DNA from: Chiloscyllium plagiosum
Lineage: Eukaryota
Assembly (NCBI RefSeq): GCF_004010195.1
Contig: NC_057718.1
Span: 76,641,316-76,705,315 of the forward strand
Direction: 5' to 3'
Length of the DNA: 64,000 nucleotides
Shown: positions 13,293 through 26,679 of the stretch, piece after piece
Layout of the letters: each line of letters starts with the position of its first letter
How positions within the stretch are numbered: position 1 is the stretch's first letter
Program-made: the position numbers and the translations under genes
Notes under the pieces: model-generated
Seen by the model: the letters and a program-made list of their open reading frames with translations, nothing else
Databases searched by the model: none
Told to the model about the DNA's origin: nothing

Positions 13293-13562
13293 TATGAATT
13301 GAATTTATTGTCACATAAATCAAGGCACAGTGAAAAGCTTTGTCTTACGAGCAAAACAGGCAGATCACAGAGTTAGCATAGATAAGTAAATAAAAGGTAA
13401 ACAGCAGCAAAAACAAAAACACAGGTACAGGAGCATGTTAAGAGTTTGAGAGTCCATTCAGTATTCTAACAATAGTAAGGTAGAAACTGCTTCGAAACTG
13501 GCTGGTGCGTGCTCAGGCTTCTGTACCTTTTCCCCGATGGCAGAGGTTGTAGAAAAACATGG
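13293..13562 (-). mobile_element. Rex1/Babar-like LINE 3' end
   Basis: - strand reads FLQPLPSGKRYRSLS, followed by a tail ending gtgacaataaattcaattc. Confidence 0.65.
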
Positions 13563-14161
13563 TATAGTAAACATAGTGCGCTGCTGAGTAAGTTAGTAAA
13601 AGAGTTATGAATGAACAAATGGAAACTTAGTATTAGTAAACATAGCATGCTGATGAGTGAGTTTGTAAAGAGAACTATAATACAATATCTCACAAGGGCG
13701 ACGTCCAGAAGCCTGACTCCACTCTGACAGCTTTGTAAAGTGCCAGGTAAGGTTACGCCAAGTTCCGAAGAAGAGCCATCGGACTGGAAAAGTTAACCGT
13801 GTTTGTCTCTTCTAAGATGCTCCTTGACCCATTGACTTTCTCCAGTAGTTTGTGTTTTTATTAATGTAAATGTTCAGCTTTAAAGTCATTTTTAAAATTA
13901 TTTTGTGGTTTCAGATGCTCATTAAAAATTATTTTGTCTTATTATAAAACTGGCTTTATAATACACTAGATAGCTGGGCTGGATCATCAGAGAGGATCAT
14001 CAGTCAATGATAACAGTGGATGTACCTAGCATTTTCTGAAATAAACACCTGTTTTGATTTCATAGTAGATTCAGGCATGTCATAACAGAAAATTTTGATT
14101 TGCTGAACAGGGAGCTGGCAGTGTTAATTCAATTGTTTAATCTTGGCTAAGCTATATAGAG

Positions 14162-14335
14162 CTTGAAAATGTGTTGCTGGAAAAGTGCATCAGGTCAGGC
14201 ACCATCAAAGGAGCAGAAGAATCGACGTTTCGGGCATGAGCCCTTCTTCAGGAATTCTTCAGGAAACTTGCTGCGCTTTTCCAGCAACACATTTTTAAGC
14301 TCTGATCTCCAGCATATGCAATCCTCACTTTCTCC
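14162..14335. mobile_element. Penelope-like terminal-repeat cassette (family A), inverted arms, intact hammerhead motif on - strand (14224-14251)
   Basis: TSD TAAGCTATATAGAG at 14148-14161 and 14336-14349. Confidence 0.85.
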
Positions 14336-15244
14336 TAAGCTATATAGAGGTACTTCTAGGTCACATAGGCAATAGGTATTTGTCACTACTTTCTCAAACT
14401 GTAATATTGATCTTGATAGACCGGTGAGTATGAAATTCACTTTGGCTTGTACACTCAGACTTTCAACTAGAAAATACCTTAACCTCTATTGCTGATGTTA
14501 CATTGCTTCCCAAGATATTGATTAAAAATTAAAATCTTTCAGTCAGTCATAAAGTCTGCATTGCCATCTCATTTTCCCAGCAAAATCTTATATCTTATTC
14601 TGCCTTTAATATAGTAAAATATTTTTAAGATACTTGACAGGCTTAATCAAATGAATATGTAAAGATTGGTGTCCCAAAGCTTGGTGAAAGAGGTGCATTC
14701 AAGGTCCAGCGCTAAAACAACTCATTTCTGTGTAATTAGTGTTTCTGGTTTAGCGCTTGCTTCCTCTTCATCCTTCCTCATCTAACAGCATCACCAAAAC
14801 TTTCTATTCCTTTCTCTGATGTAGATCTTCAATTTTCACAGGTTTATCTTTGGGTATTGTTGTGATGTGATTACTTAACATATTCAGATAGATTATGGTA
14901 CATGTCTGGGGCAGATAGGACCTGAACACAGTCCTTCCAGTACAGTTAGGGACACTGCTGCTGTGCCATAAAAACCCTCCCTTGTTGTGATGTAAAATTA
15001 TAAGTTGTAGTTCAAACATAGCAATTAGCCAATTGTCATGAAAGTCTAAATTAACTACCACAGCTTCTGATTGCCACATATCTAACTGCTAATTGCTCTT
15101 CAATATTCCATTGCAATAGCCATTCAAGACGGTCCTTAAAGGGTTGTTTTTTAAATAATCAACTACGATGATTCCTGAGGCATGATAAATTTCAGTTTCT
15201 GATAGTTTTTAATTCCATTCTCATGCAACTTCTCTTATTCCTAG

Positions 15245-18035
15245 GTTGAAGAAATTGCTTGAACAGGAAAAATTCTACCAGGCACGGAAGGAAAAGGAGA
15301 ACAACAAGCGATTGAGCAAAGTGCGAGAGGAGCTGGGCAAGTTGAAATCATTTGCACTGATGCTAGTGGACGAACGACAGATTCACATTGAACAGCTCGG
15401 CCAGCAAGCACAGAAGTTGCAGGAGCTGGGCCAGAAACTCCAAGAGGAGGAAGAGAAATCCCGAAGTCTTGATGAAAGAGCTAGGGAGGAAAGTCAGAGA
15501 GTAATCCGGCTTGAGGCAGAACTTGGACACAAGTCTGCCAAGTCTTTGCAGGAGCATGATGAGATGATGGCCAAACTAGCCACCCAAGAATCTCAAAACC
15601 ACCGGTTACGACAAAAGCTGTCCAGTTTAAACTGCCGACTTGAAGAGCTGGAGGAAGCCAACAAAAGCCTACAGAAGGCCAAGGAGGAACTTCAGGAATT
15701 GCAGGTTAAAATTAGCCATGGAGAGTGTGGAAACTCCAGTCTGATGGCTGAGGTGGAAAACCTGCGAAAGCGGGTACTAGAGATGGAGGGAAAAGATGAA
15801 GAGATAACTAAGGCTGAAGATCAGGGCAGGGAACTAAAAAGGAAATTGGAAAAGGAGGAGCTCCATAGTAAGGAGCTGAAAATGGAAGTGGAAAAACTAC
15901 AGAAGAGAATGGTTGATCTAGAAAAATTGGAAGGTGCCTTTAACAAAAGCAAATTTGAATGTTCACAGCTACATGTTAGCTTAGATAAAGAAAGGAATCT
16001 GGCAAAAGACTTGGTCAACGAGTTGGAATTGGTGAAAGCCAGAGTGAAAGAACTTGAAACATCAGAGGCCAGACTGGAAAAAAGTGAATTCCTCTTGAAA
16101 GATGACTTGACAAAGCTGAAGTCTTTTACTGTGATGTTAGTAGATGAGAGAAGAGGTGTGGCAGAAAAGTTGCATCAGGAAGAACAGAAAGTGAGTGATC
16201 TTAATAGCAAGTTGATGCAGGAACAAAATAAAACAACAGAGATAACAGAGAAGCTGATTGAAGAGAGCAAGAAGCTTCTCAAATTGAAATCGGAGATGGA
16301 AGAGAAAGTGTCTGCCCTGCTCAACGAAAGAAATGAATTGAAGGTAAAGCTCAAAGATGAAGAACAAAAATCGAATGAGCTGAGCTTTAGAGTTGGCCTG
16401 TTGAAGAAGAGGCTTGACCGTGTAGAAGAAACTGAAAGTGATACCCTCCGAAATAAGGCCAAGAAAGAACTGGACAGACTTCCAGAAGACACTGGACTTG
16501 ACAATAATAAAATAAAAGAGCTAACGTTGGAAATCGAGCGGTTGAAATCTCGATTAAAGCAGCTGGAGGTGGTGGAAGGTGATCTGATGAAGACTGAGGA
16601 TGAATACGATCAGCTAGAGCAGAAATTCAAGACTGAGCAGGACAAAGCAAACCTCCTGACCCATCAGCTGGAAGAATTAAAAAAGCAGATGACCAGGGGC
16701 AAGGAGAAAGGAGAAGCCTTGACCCTGGAGGCTGAGGCTCGTAATCGGCTTCGACTCGAGGAGGCAGAGGTTCAAGCACTCAAGGAGAAGATTCATGAGC
16801 TGATGAACAAGGAGGACCAACTCTCCCAACTGCAGGCCGATTACTCCATCCTCCGGAAGAAATTCCAACAAGAGGAAAGTAAAAACAAAGACATGGGCCA
16901 GGAGGTGGTCAGCTTGGCAAAGGAGCTGGAGCTATCCAAACGATACAGCCGGGCCCTGAGGCCCTGCCTCAATGGCAGAAGGATGGTCGATGTCCCAGTC
17001 ACATCCACAGCCGTCCAGACCGAAAGCCCACCCAATGGGCTTGGGGAAGAAGACAATGCTGCAGTTTTTATCCGAAAGTCTGTCCAAGAAGAGAACCACC
17101 TGATGAGCAACCTCAGGCAGAAGAAGCCCATGGAGCGGCCCTCGGTGCTGGAGCGCTATCCACCAGCTGCCAATGAGTTAAACCTAAGGAGATCATGGAT
17201 CCCCTGGATGAAGAAGAAGGAGAACAGCACTGAGAGAGCCACTCAGGCCAGTGCAAACCCCAGGGAGGTGATCGTGGCCCAGAGGCAAGGCCAGCCACTG
17301 CACATTCGAGTGACCCCTGACCACGGCAACAGCACTGCCACTCTGGAGATCACCAGCCCGTCAGCTGAAGACTTCTTCTCCAGCACCACAGTCATCCCCA
17401 CCCTGGGTCAGCAGAAGCCGCGCATCACCATCCTGCCCGCTCCCACTGTTGCCTCATCCAAAGGCAAAGCCTCAGACAGCTCCTTCTCACCAGAGCGTGC
17501 AGCATCTCCTGTTACAATCACCACTTTCTCCAGGGCTACCTCCCCCCCAGAAAGAGGCAAGGCTGCCTTTCTGGACACAACTACTTGTCCAGACACATCT
17601 GCCTCCCCCATTCAGATCATGACAGTTTCTACTTCGGCAGCCCCCGAGTCTTCAGTCCCTCCGAATCAAGCCCAGGAACCAGCCATGGGACGGGCAGTTT
17701 TCAAAGTGTCCCCAGAGAAACAGACGGTGCCAACACCAACTCGAAGATACAGCCCAAACACCAACATCATAACGACTGAGGACAACAAGATTCACATCCA
17801 CCTGGGCAGTCAGTTTAAAAGGCCCGGCAGCAGCTACACCGAAGACACCAGCCCTCTGATAACTGTTCGGCCTCTGTCTGTTGCTGGTGGGTGTGAGAAC
17901 AAGGAGGTGACAATGGGAACAGTTCTCCGTTCCCCTCGTAACTGCACTGCTCCTAAAAACTCAACCAACAAAATGACCAGCAGCATCACTATAACTCCAG
18001 CCAGTACCACATCCACAAGGACTACAACGTCAGTG
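15245..18035 (+). CDS. FILIP1: Filamin-A-interacting protein 1 (FILIP1-type), large internal coiled-coil/C-terminal exon (2,791 nt)
   Basis: Polypyrimidine tract and TAG acceptor end at 15244. The stop-free frame reads (R)LKKLLEQEK...KLKSFALMLVDER...GECGNSSLMAEVENLRKRVLEMEGKDEEI...SWIPWM...QGQPLHIRVTPDH...NIITTEDNKIHIHLGSQFKR, matching recalled FILIP1 motifs. GTGAGT donor at 18036 (phase 0). Upstream exons were not found in the window. Confidence 0.95.
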
Positions 18036-18829
18036 GTGAGTTAAAGCTTCATTGACTTCTTAATCTTTATTCGGAATGTGGTGATATCTATGTGCATCAT
18101 GTTTTACCTTCTAGTATCCTGTCATGTGCAGTGACTTTTTATTTGATCTGGTTAGCCATTGTTTTGTTTGCTTTCACAGTAAATCCTATTGCAGTCACAA
18201 ATTAACTGAAGAACGGACAGAGACAATTCATGTTTCAAAGCTTGAAAATGTCACTTGGTGTAATGCTTAAAAAATGCAATTTCTAATTAGTGGTGTGTTT
18301 TTCACCCCCCGAAAGATATGAATGAGCTGGTGCACTCAATTAACTTGGTAGAACCCTAGTTAATAATATTGCTCCAAACAAGTATTCACAGAAGCCACAG
18401 TAATGAAGATGGGAAGAAATAGTACTTAGTGTACTTGCAGCTTTGTTCTCAGATATGCAGCAATACTGTACCTGTGCAAGGCTGTGGATTCAGGAAGACC
18501 AACAAAATGGAAATGAATGAGAAATACTTCAAGGAGATGGTCTCCATCAGACAAAGAAGAAACCCTTGAAATATGTGTATGTGATGAATGAGCATTGAGG
18601 TACATGTTTAAAATAATAGGGCACTCTAGCCTCCCCCTATTCTGCAGTTAATATCTACTTTCGATATGTGCTTTGTATTTTCGCTACAACCATTGCCACT
18701 CCCTTTGCCTTTTCTTTCACCACACCTTTAATCTCTAAATTTTCCTCTCCTCTTAACTTTGCCCTGACCCTCACTTCTCTTCCACTTGCCATTCCCACCT
18801 ATGTAAAAATAATGAAGCCCATCGCATTT

Positions 18830-18940
18830 TGATCTCTCTTCAGTTTCAAAGAAGAGTAATTCTTGATTTGAAAAATTAACTTTTTCTCTGCAGATGTTGC
18901 TGGATCTGCTGAGTTTCTCCAGCATTTTCTGTTTTCATCT
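18830..18940 (+). mobile_element. Old degenerate Penelope-like terminal repeat
   Basis: cagatgttgctggatctgctgagtttctccagcattttctg. Related relics lie at about 6455, 13765, 42060 (inverted pair), 51470 and 58425. Confidence 0.55.
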
Positions 18941-19414
18941 CATAATTTAACCAGCTTAAAAGTCAGCTAGTAATGCACAAGTTGCATCTTCTAAAATTAT
19001 TTTTTAAATTACATAACCGTAACAAACAATTTTGATATGACTACACAGTGTTACTAGTAAAATATTGTCTGATTGAAAACCTACTCAGATGTGGTTTCAG
19101 TATAATCTTCTTTTAAAAGGGCTAATGAACTTGGATTGCACTAACTTTAGTTTAAGATGATTATATCCTCAGGAAAATCATCCTAATTTCTGTAACTCAA
19201 GTATCAGAATTCTGTTTTAGGTGTTGCATGCTCTAATTTGTCAATTTATGTTTTGAATTGTTATGCATTGTTAGTCCCTTCACCATACAAGAATAGACAT
19301 TCCAATGAGTCACGCATAATTGTCAAGCATTAATTAAGTGCATAAAGCTTGTCAGGAAAAATGTGTTGGAGAATTGATTTGCCATTTATTATGAATCAAC
19401 TTGAGGCAGTAAAC

Positions 19415-19715
19415 TGTCCATACAGTGTGGAAGCAGGCCACTTGGCCCATCAAGTCCATGTTGTCCCCCTGAAAAGCATTCCATCCTGACACATAACCCT
19501 GCATTTCCCGTGGCTAATCCACCTAGCCTGCACATCATGGGCAACTTACCTTGACTGATGCACCTAAACTGCACATCATTGGACTGTGGGAGGAAGCCTG
19601 AAGAAACCCCACATAGCCAAGAAGAGAATGTGCAAGCTCCACACAGACAGTCACCCGAGGTTGGAATCATACCCGGTGCTGTGAGTTGGCAGTGCTGACC
19701 ACTCAGCCATGCTGC
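19415..19715 (-). mobile_element. tRNA-derived SINE (HE1/V-SINE-like)
   Basis: Reverse-complement match to the copy at 34479. Confidence 0.8.
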
Positions 19716-19879
19716 TCTCCAATGTGGGTCGAATGTTGGTAGAAGCTTCATTTTAATAGGTTGGTATCCAATGATATTTAGACGTCATGGCATTTTTCTC
19801 CCTGCACATCACAAACTTGTGATCAAGTTTCAAGGTATCAAGGTTTGCTATTTGATATATGGAATAAGATTTAAGGTAT

Positions 19880-20106
19880 CTGCTTTGACTCAGTGGTAAC
19901 AATCTCATCGTTGAGACACAAGTTTGAAATTTGAGCACACAATCCAGACTGACGCTTAGCTAAGGTACTGATGGAGTGCTGCACTATCAGAAAAAACATC
20001 TTTAGATGACTCATTAAAACAGGCCAGGTTTTGTTTCTCAAAGAAAAACAAGCATGTTATCCCTTTTCTGGCACCACCAAAATAGGATTGTTCTGTCATT
20101 ATCTCA
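19880..20106 (+). mobile_element. DeuSINE-like (SacSINE1/AmnSINE-related) element
   Basis: gactcagtggt head followed by gtactgatggagtgctgcact...tttagatgac...taaaac core. Similar to 26180-26555. Confidence 0.55.
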
Positions 20107-20109
20107 AAA

Positions 20110-22790
20110 GAACATAAAAACGTGAGGACATTAGAAATAGGAGCAGGGGTAGGTCATCTGGCCCTTCAAGCCTGCTCCCTCATTCAGTAAGATCATGCCT
20201 GATATTGTTGTGGCCTCAGCTCCACTTACACACCCACTCACCATAACTCTTAATTCTGTTACTGTTCAAATAATTATCTATCTTAGCTTTAAAAACTTTC
20301 AATGAGGAAGCCTCAACTACTTCACTGGGTAGGGAATTCCACAGATTCAAAACCCCCTGGGTGCAGAAGTTTCTTCTAAATTCAGTCCTAAATCTGCATC
20401 TCCTAATTTTGAGGTTACGCCCTCTTGTCTTAGTCTCACCCGCCAGTGAAAACATCCTCTATACTTCTATCTTATCTATTCCCTTCATAATTTTGTATGT
20501 TTCTGTAAGAACTCCCTTATTCTTCTAAATTCTAATGAATATAATCCAAGTCTAGTCAGTCTCTCCTCATAAGCCAACCCCCTCAACTCTCGAATCAACT
20601 GCATCCTCCTCTGCACCCTCTCTAGTGCCAGTACATCTTTTCTGAAGTCAGGAGACCAAACTTGCACTCGATACAGCTACAACATAACCTCCTTGCTTTT
20701 AAACTCAATCCCTTTAGCAATGAAAGACAAAATTCCATTTGCTTTCTTAATTACCTGTTGCAGCTGTAGAATAGCCTTCTGTGACTAATGCATAAGGACA
20801 CTCAGGTCCCTCTGCATAGCAGTATACTGCCATTTTTTAACCTTTTCAAAATATCCCTTTTTACTGTTATTCCTACCAAAATGGATGACTTCACATTTAT
20901 TAACATTATACTCCATCTGCCAGACCTTTGCCCACTCAAACAATCTGTGTCCCTTTGCAAAGTTTCACTGTCCTCTGTATCACACATTTTGCTGTACCAC
21001 TCATCTTAGTATCATCCGCAAACTTTTGACACTCTATATGTGGTCTCCAACTCCAAATCATCTATGTAGATTGTGAATAATTGCAGTCCAACACTGATCC
21101 CTGAAGTACACCACTAGTCACTGATTGCCAACTAGAAAAGGACTCATTTATCCCCACTATTTGCTTCCTGTAGGTCAACCAATCCTCTATCCATGCTAAT
21201 ACATTCCCGTAACACCATGCATCTTTATCTTGTGCAGCAGCCTTTTGCTCAGCACCTTGTCAAATGCCTTTTGGAAATCTAGATACCACATCTACTGGGT
21301 CCCCATTGTCCAATGTGCTCGTAACGTCTTCATAGAATTCCAGTAGATTAGTTAAGCACGACTTGCTTTTCATCAACTCATGCTGCGTTTGCCCAATGTG
21401 ACAATTTCTACCTAGATGTCTTGCTATTTCTTCCCTGATAATAGATTCAAGCATTTTCCTCACTACAGAAGTTAAGCTAACCAGTCTATAATTCCCCATC
21501 TTCTGTCTACCTCCCTTTTTAAACAGTGGTGTCACATTTGCTGTTTTCCAGTCTGTTGGAACTGCCCCAGAGTCCAGCAAATTTTGGAAAATTATTGCAA
21601 GTGTATTTGCTGTTTTTCCCGACATCTCTTTTACTACCCTGGGATGCATTCCATCAGGGCCAGGAGACTCGTCTACCTTTAGCTCCATTAGCTTGTCCAA
21701 TACTACCTCTTTCATGATAATGATTGTTTCCAGGTCCTCACCTACCTTTGTCTGCTTGTCAATTACTGGCATTCTTTTGTGTTCTGTACTGTGAAGACAG
21801 ACACAAAATACCTGTTCAATGCTTGGCCATTTCCTCATATCCTATTACTAAATCCCTCTTCTCATCCTTTAAAGGACCAAAGTTTACCTTAGCCTCATTT
21901 TTTCGTTTTATATATTTATGGAAACTTTTGTTATCTGTCTTTATATTCTGAGCTAGTTTACTCTCATAATCTTACTTTTCTTTATAGCTTTTTGTGGCTT
22001 TCTGTTGACCTTTAAAGTTTTCCCAATTTTCTAGTTTCCTGCTGGTCTTTGCCAGTTCGTATGACTTATCTTTTAATTTGATAGCCTCCCTTCTTGTCTT
22101 AGACATATTACCCCTTTTCCTACTGTCCTTCCTCTTCCTTTCCGCTCCAGGGCAGTACATCCTTCCTGCGAATTGGGGTCCAAAACCGCACACAATACTT
22201 CAAATGAAGTCTGACCAGAGCATTATAAAACCTCAGAAGTACATCCCTGCTTTTATATTCAAGTCCTCTCAAAATAAATCCCATCATTGCATCTGCCTTC
22301 CTAACTACTGACTCAATCTATACATTTAGTTTGAGAGAATCCTCCTCAGAGCTACCCTGACTGACCTGGTTTGACCAATCGCCACGTAGATTAACATCAC
22401 CTATAATTACTGTATAATTTTTACAAGTATTAGTTATTTCTTAGCTTATTGCCCGTCCCAATGTGATATTATCATTTGGTGACATATTATTATTTGTGAC
22501 ATTTTCTTCTTAGAATTTCTAATTTCCACCCAAAATGGATTCAACCTTATTCTCCATAGAACCTATATCATCTCTCATCACCGCCCTGATGTCATCCTAA
22601 AAAATCAAAGCTACACCACATTCCTCACCTTCCTGTTTGTCCTTCCAAATAGTCTAATAGCCCTAGATATTTTACTCCCAGTCGTGACCATCCTGCAACC
22701 ATGTTTCTGTGATGGTTACTAAATCATACTTATTCACAATGACTTGTGTCATTAACTCATGTACCTTGTTTCGAATGCTACAAGCATTCA
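20110..22790 (-). mobile_element. CR1 LINE (RT to 3' end, rearranged and degenerate)
   Basis: SPGPDGMHPRVVKEM...DWKTANVTPLFKKGGRQKMGNYRLVSLTSVV...KSCLTNLLEFYEDVT. Confidence 0.9.
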
Positions 22791-23289
22791 GGTAAAGTGC
22801 CTTTATGCTGCTTATCACAAGAGAGACCTAACATCCAAAAATATAAGATTGGTTGTAATGAAACTTGGAACATCCTAAAAGTTCTGAAATGTAAATCTAA
22901 GAAGCACTGCCTTAGGATTATTGGGAGAAAGTATGAAGCTTATGCACTTTTTATTATTGCCATTCCTAACAATTATCAAGAGCCCTTATGGAAATTGCAA
23001 TGAAGTCAACAGTCAGAAAAGCCTGTTGGGAAAATAAGGTTAGTAGTAGGCCATTTAGACCCTCATTCAATGAGCTCATGGCTGATTTGCAATCTGATTC
23101 CAGTTTTATTCCTGATCGCATAATACCTTTTATGTAGGAAAATTTTATACATATTATAAATAATTAACAACTGATCTGCCATAATTTACTGTTTCAGGAA
23201 GAGAGGTCTAAATTTCTGCCACCTTGCTGTACGGAGAAGAATTTCCTGATTTCATTCAGGAAGTTCTGGCCCTACTTAAACAATTTCCT

Positions 23290-23390
23290 GAGGTAAAAAC
23301 AATGACTGCAGATGCTGCAAACCAGATTCTGGATTAGTGGTGCTGGAAGAGCACAGCAGTTCAGGCAGAATCCAAGGAGCTTCGAAATCT
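23290..23390 (-). mobile_element. Truncated Penelope-like terminal repeat (family B)
   Basis: gaggtaaaaacaatgactgcagatgctg...ccagattctggattagtggtgctggaagagcacagcagttcaggcag, as in 38139-38553. Confidence 0.75.
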
Positions 23391-26179
23391 TCCTACCTGT
23401 TCTGTCTGCATTTCACTCATTTGTGGGTTCTTCCCATTTGCACTGGGCATTATTTAGAACAAGATTTGTTAGATAATGCCTATCCTAAATTCTCCAGCTA
23501 GCAAAAATCTTTGTTATTATATCTCCCCTATCTGTGTCCCTTAATTTTTGAAAACATCAATCAAATCACACTTTAGGTTTCTAAATTTCATGGTATGCAG
23601 CCTAAGTTTTTTCAAGTAGTTTGTAGCTTAACCTTTGGCGTTCCAGTATCATTTTAGGAAATTTAAGCCGCATTCCCTCAAAGGACAATGTTTCTTTCCT
23701 GAATTGTGATGCTTAGAACTGCTCACAGTATCCAAATATAGTCTAGCCAAGACATTAGCAGAAGTGTGACTTTGAATCTATGTTTCTCACCCTGTCACCA
23801 GGTGCAACAAACCATCTGGGATTTTCGATCCAATAAAAAGAATGTTATCAGTTCTCTTAACAATGATTGGATTTCCCTGCAGTAACCACACTGGACTTCC
23901 TCTCCTTCTTGTCCTCCTCCTTGTCCATGCTTTGAATATTTTATGCTTCAAGGTGCCATGATCACTATTCTGGCTGTCCTTCCAACAATCATTAATATTA
24001 GACTTACAGATAGCATGCATGTTACATTTGTTGAATAGAATCAGTTCCTGTAGTTCCTTATTCTCTCTCACCTAGGTTCCCCTCTCTCTGTGTGGACTAT
24101 TGGCCAGACAGACCTCATTCTAATGCATTATCTTTCTGTGATGTCTGACCAAAGTCTGGACAAAACTGCTGAGAAGCTGTTCCTGTTTCCTTATGTCAGA
24201 GTGTCTGTGATCCACAGTAAAGCTCAATATCTCTGAGCTGGAGAGGTCAAATATGGAGCTATCTACTGCAGATGTGTTCCATCTGGACAGTCTTCATGTC
24301 CACAAACTCCACAACTTGCAGTCAAAACATTCTACCTGCTCTGTCATATCTCACAACTCATGTCTCATAACTTAGACTATCTAGTTTTAATTTATTTCAA
24401 TTATTTTCATTCTCAATTCAGAACTTGCACTAAGCATTGAACAGAATTTTTGAGTACTTTGTGTTTCAAGCTCTGACTGCAATTTAAAAAAAACCTCCTT
24501 CCCACACTCCCATCATATACTGACAAAGGATGTTATATATTTTAGTTTTGCAGAGCATTGGTGAGTAAACAATAGGTAGAGAAGGAGCACAAAGAGAGAG
24601 AGAAGCACAATTGGAAACACAAAGGGTGGATTTAGTGTGTGAATTCCTAAACTGAAGATATTACATCCAACTTAATTCCTAGCTAACACAATTTTATAGC
24701 ATAATATTGTCCACATGTTGGTATCCTGCAATTTCTTTAAGTGTTCTCACAGATGACTTTTGGAATAAGGACAGCAATTATTCTTATTGCAATCAACATA
24801 TCTTCTTGGGTGGAGGGGAATGAGATGTGCCATCAACATGAATTAAAAATACAGAGAAGCGCTTGAGTTACTTTCAAGTTCAATGAATACAAATAAAGAA
24901 ATGTATGGTATTGTAAACATTTTTGAAAATGCTGCAAAGTTTAATTGTACAATTTTATTTGTTACGTGTTATATTTCTTATTTCATCAAGAAACAGTTGC
25001 TTCATTATGGAGTTTCTTTTTTGCTTTTGAGAAAGTTGAAGAGTTCATGTGTTGCCTTATTTTAATATTTAGTAAAGAGAAACAAAAGTTTTGCTGTTTG
25101 AAATATTTTCCTTGGGGATAACTGTTGCAGTAAATTTTGATTTATAAATGTGTAACAGTGAGATGAAGAATACAAACAGCAAGTACTGGTATGCTCTCAA
25201 AATGACCAGTCTAGTCGCCAATAACCAAAGAAAAAAATAGATGTTCAGTTTAGCCAGAAGGGAGTCATCCTGAAGTACGTGCTCAGAGACTTCTCCACAG
25301 GCTGCATACACACTGCTACATAATGCTTCATTGTTGGATTTTGAGCTAACAGACTAATCACTGGGGAATCTCTATGACCTCTTTCCTCATGCTATTCAAG
25401 GTTTCTAACAAAAAATGTTAGAGGCATCTTAGATACAGACAGCACAGCTCGTTATGTAATCTTAAAGTCTATTTTTAGGTCTTTAAGTTATCCATTTTAT
25501 TTCTCCATACAAGTTCTCAATTATCTGTAGAAGACCAAACAGCAAAGTATTTTCTGAAAAATATTTACAGCAATTTGATTGACTCCGATTCGTGTTTTAA
25601 TAGATTTTATTGATTTCATATATCTTCTATTGTTCGTCATTGGATTTTCTCCTCACAGCTGTTCTTGCATTTTACACATTCTTTACTTTGTGATTATGCT
25701 TGTTGTTTTCATAAAATAAATGCAATGATTTTGCTTAACCTACATGGTTAAATGTAGACTGGCAAAAGCAAAGAAGGTTTTCTAACAGTTCTGTAGACAA
25801 CATTTAACCATCAATTATTTCTGCAGGATAAATGGATAAACATTGTGTTCTGTCCTGTGCCTATTTCGAATGACATTAGATTAGCAAAATACCAGCAAAT
25901 ATTAGAAATTGACTGCACTTATAGTGATAATTTTGCTTAATTCTTTTTTAAAAATCGATCAAGTTCATCTTTAAAATATAAGCACTAATATAGGCATTTT
26001 TGATGCTGGATGGAATGAGGAGATTATCTGAAGAGAAGAATCATAGAATTTACTAAAGACCCATTGTGGAGAAATCTGATATAAAATATAAATGTGGCAA
26101 CAAATATAGGTTTGTTCTATTCCTGTCAACAATCATCATCCCCCCCACCCACCAGTCTTCATTTATTATAGCTGCCCGA

Positions 26180-26555
26180 TTTGACTCACTGGTAGTAAAC
26201 TCACCACTGTGTCAGATGGTCAATGCTATTCTAAGTCCTTTAGCATATATCCGCACATTTTATAATGTAAAACTGAGGGAATGATGCACTGCAGGAGGTG
26301 CTGTACTTTGGATAAGACTTTAATCTTGAGACCGCATTTGCACCTTCTAATGGAATTAAAACATTATTTGAAAAGGAAACTGTTCTCCCAGTTTCCTGAA
26401 CAACATTTATCCAACGCCCAAAACTGATGACCTTGTCATTTATTTAAAACCTTACTGTATATTAACATGTTGCTGTAATTTCCTGCAATGCCACAGCCAC
26501 TACACTTCAGAACTACTTACTTTGGTTGAAAAATGCTTTGAGATGCCTTAAACTT
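26180..26555 (+). mobile_element. DeuSINE-like element
   Basis: actgagggaatgatgcactgcaggaggtgctgtactttggataagac...ttctcccagtttcctgaacaacatttatcc...ctacacttca core and tail. Confidence 0.6.
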
Positions 26556-26679
26556 TTGAAAATGGGATTGGTGGGGGTATCATTGAATTCAAGCATTTTT
26601 TCATTATGTACTCTGATGGATAACAATAGAGAAAGAGAATGAGATGGGTTTAATATATAAATTTTATAAAACACGTGCA

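Noticed and set aside
1..15244. Upstream FILIP1 coding exons
   Set aside because: No sequence encoding the expected preceding segment (…DDFTNLLEQERE) was recognised. It is presumably outside the window.
15363..18016. Antisense ORFs inside the FILIP1 exon
   Set aside because: Shadows of the coding strand's codon bias, with no recognisable product.
15246..18044. Single-exon 932-aa gene starting at TTG
   Set aside because: The TTG directly follows a splice acceptor and the ORF end overlaps a donor. It is an internal exon.
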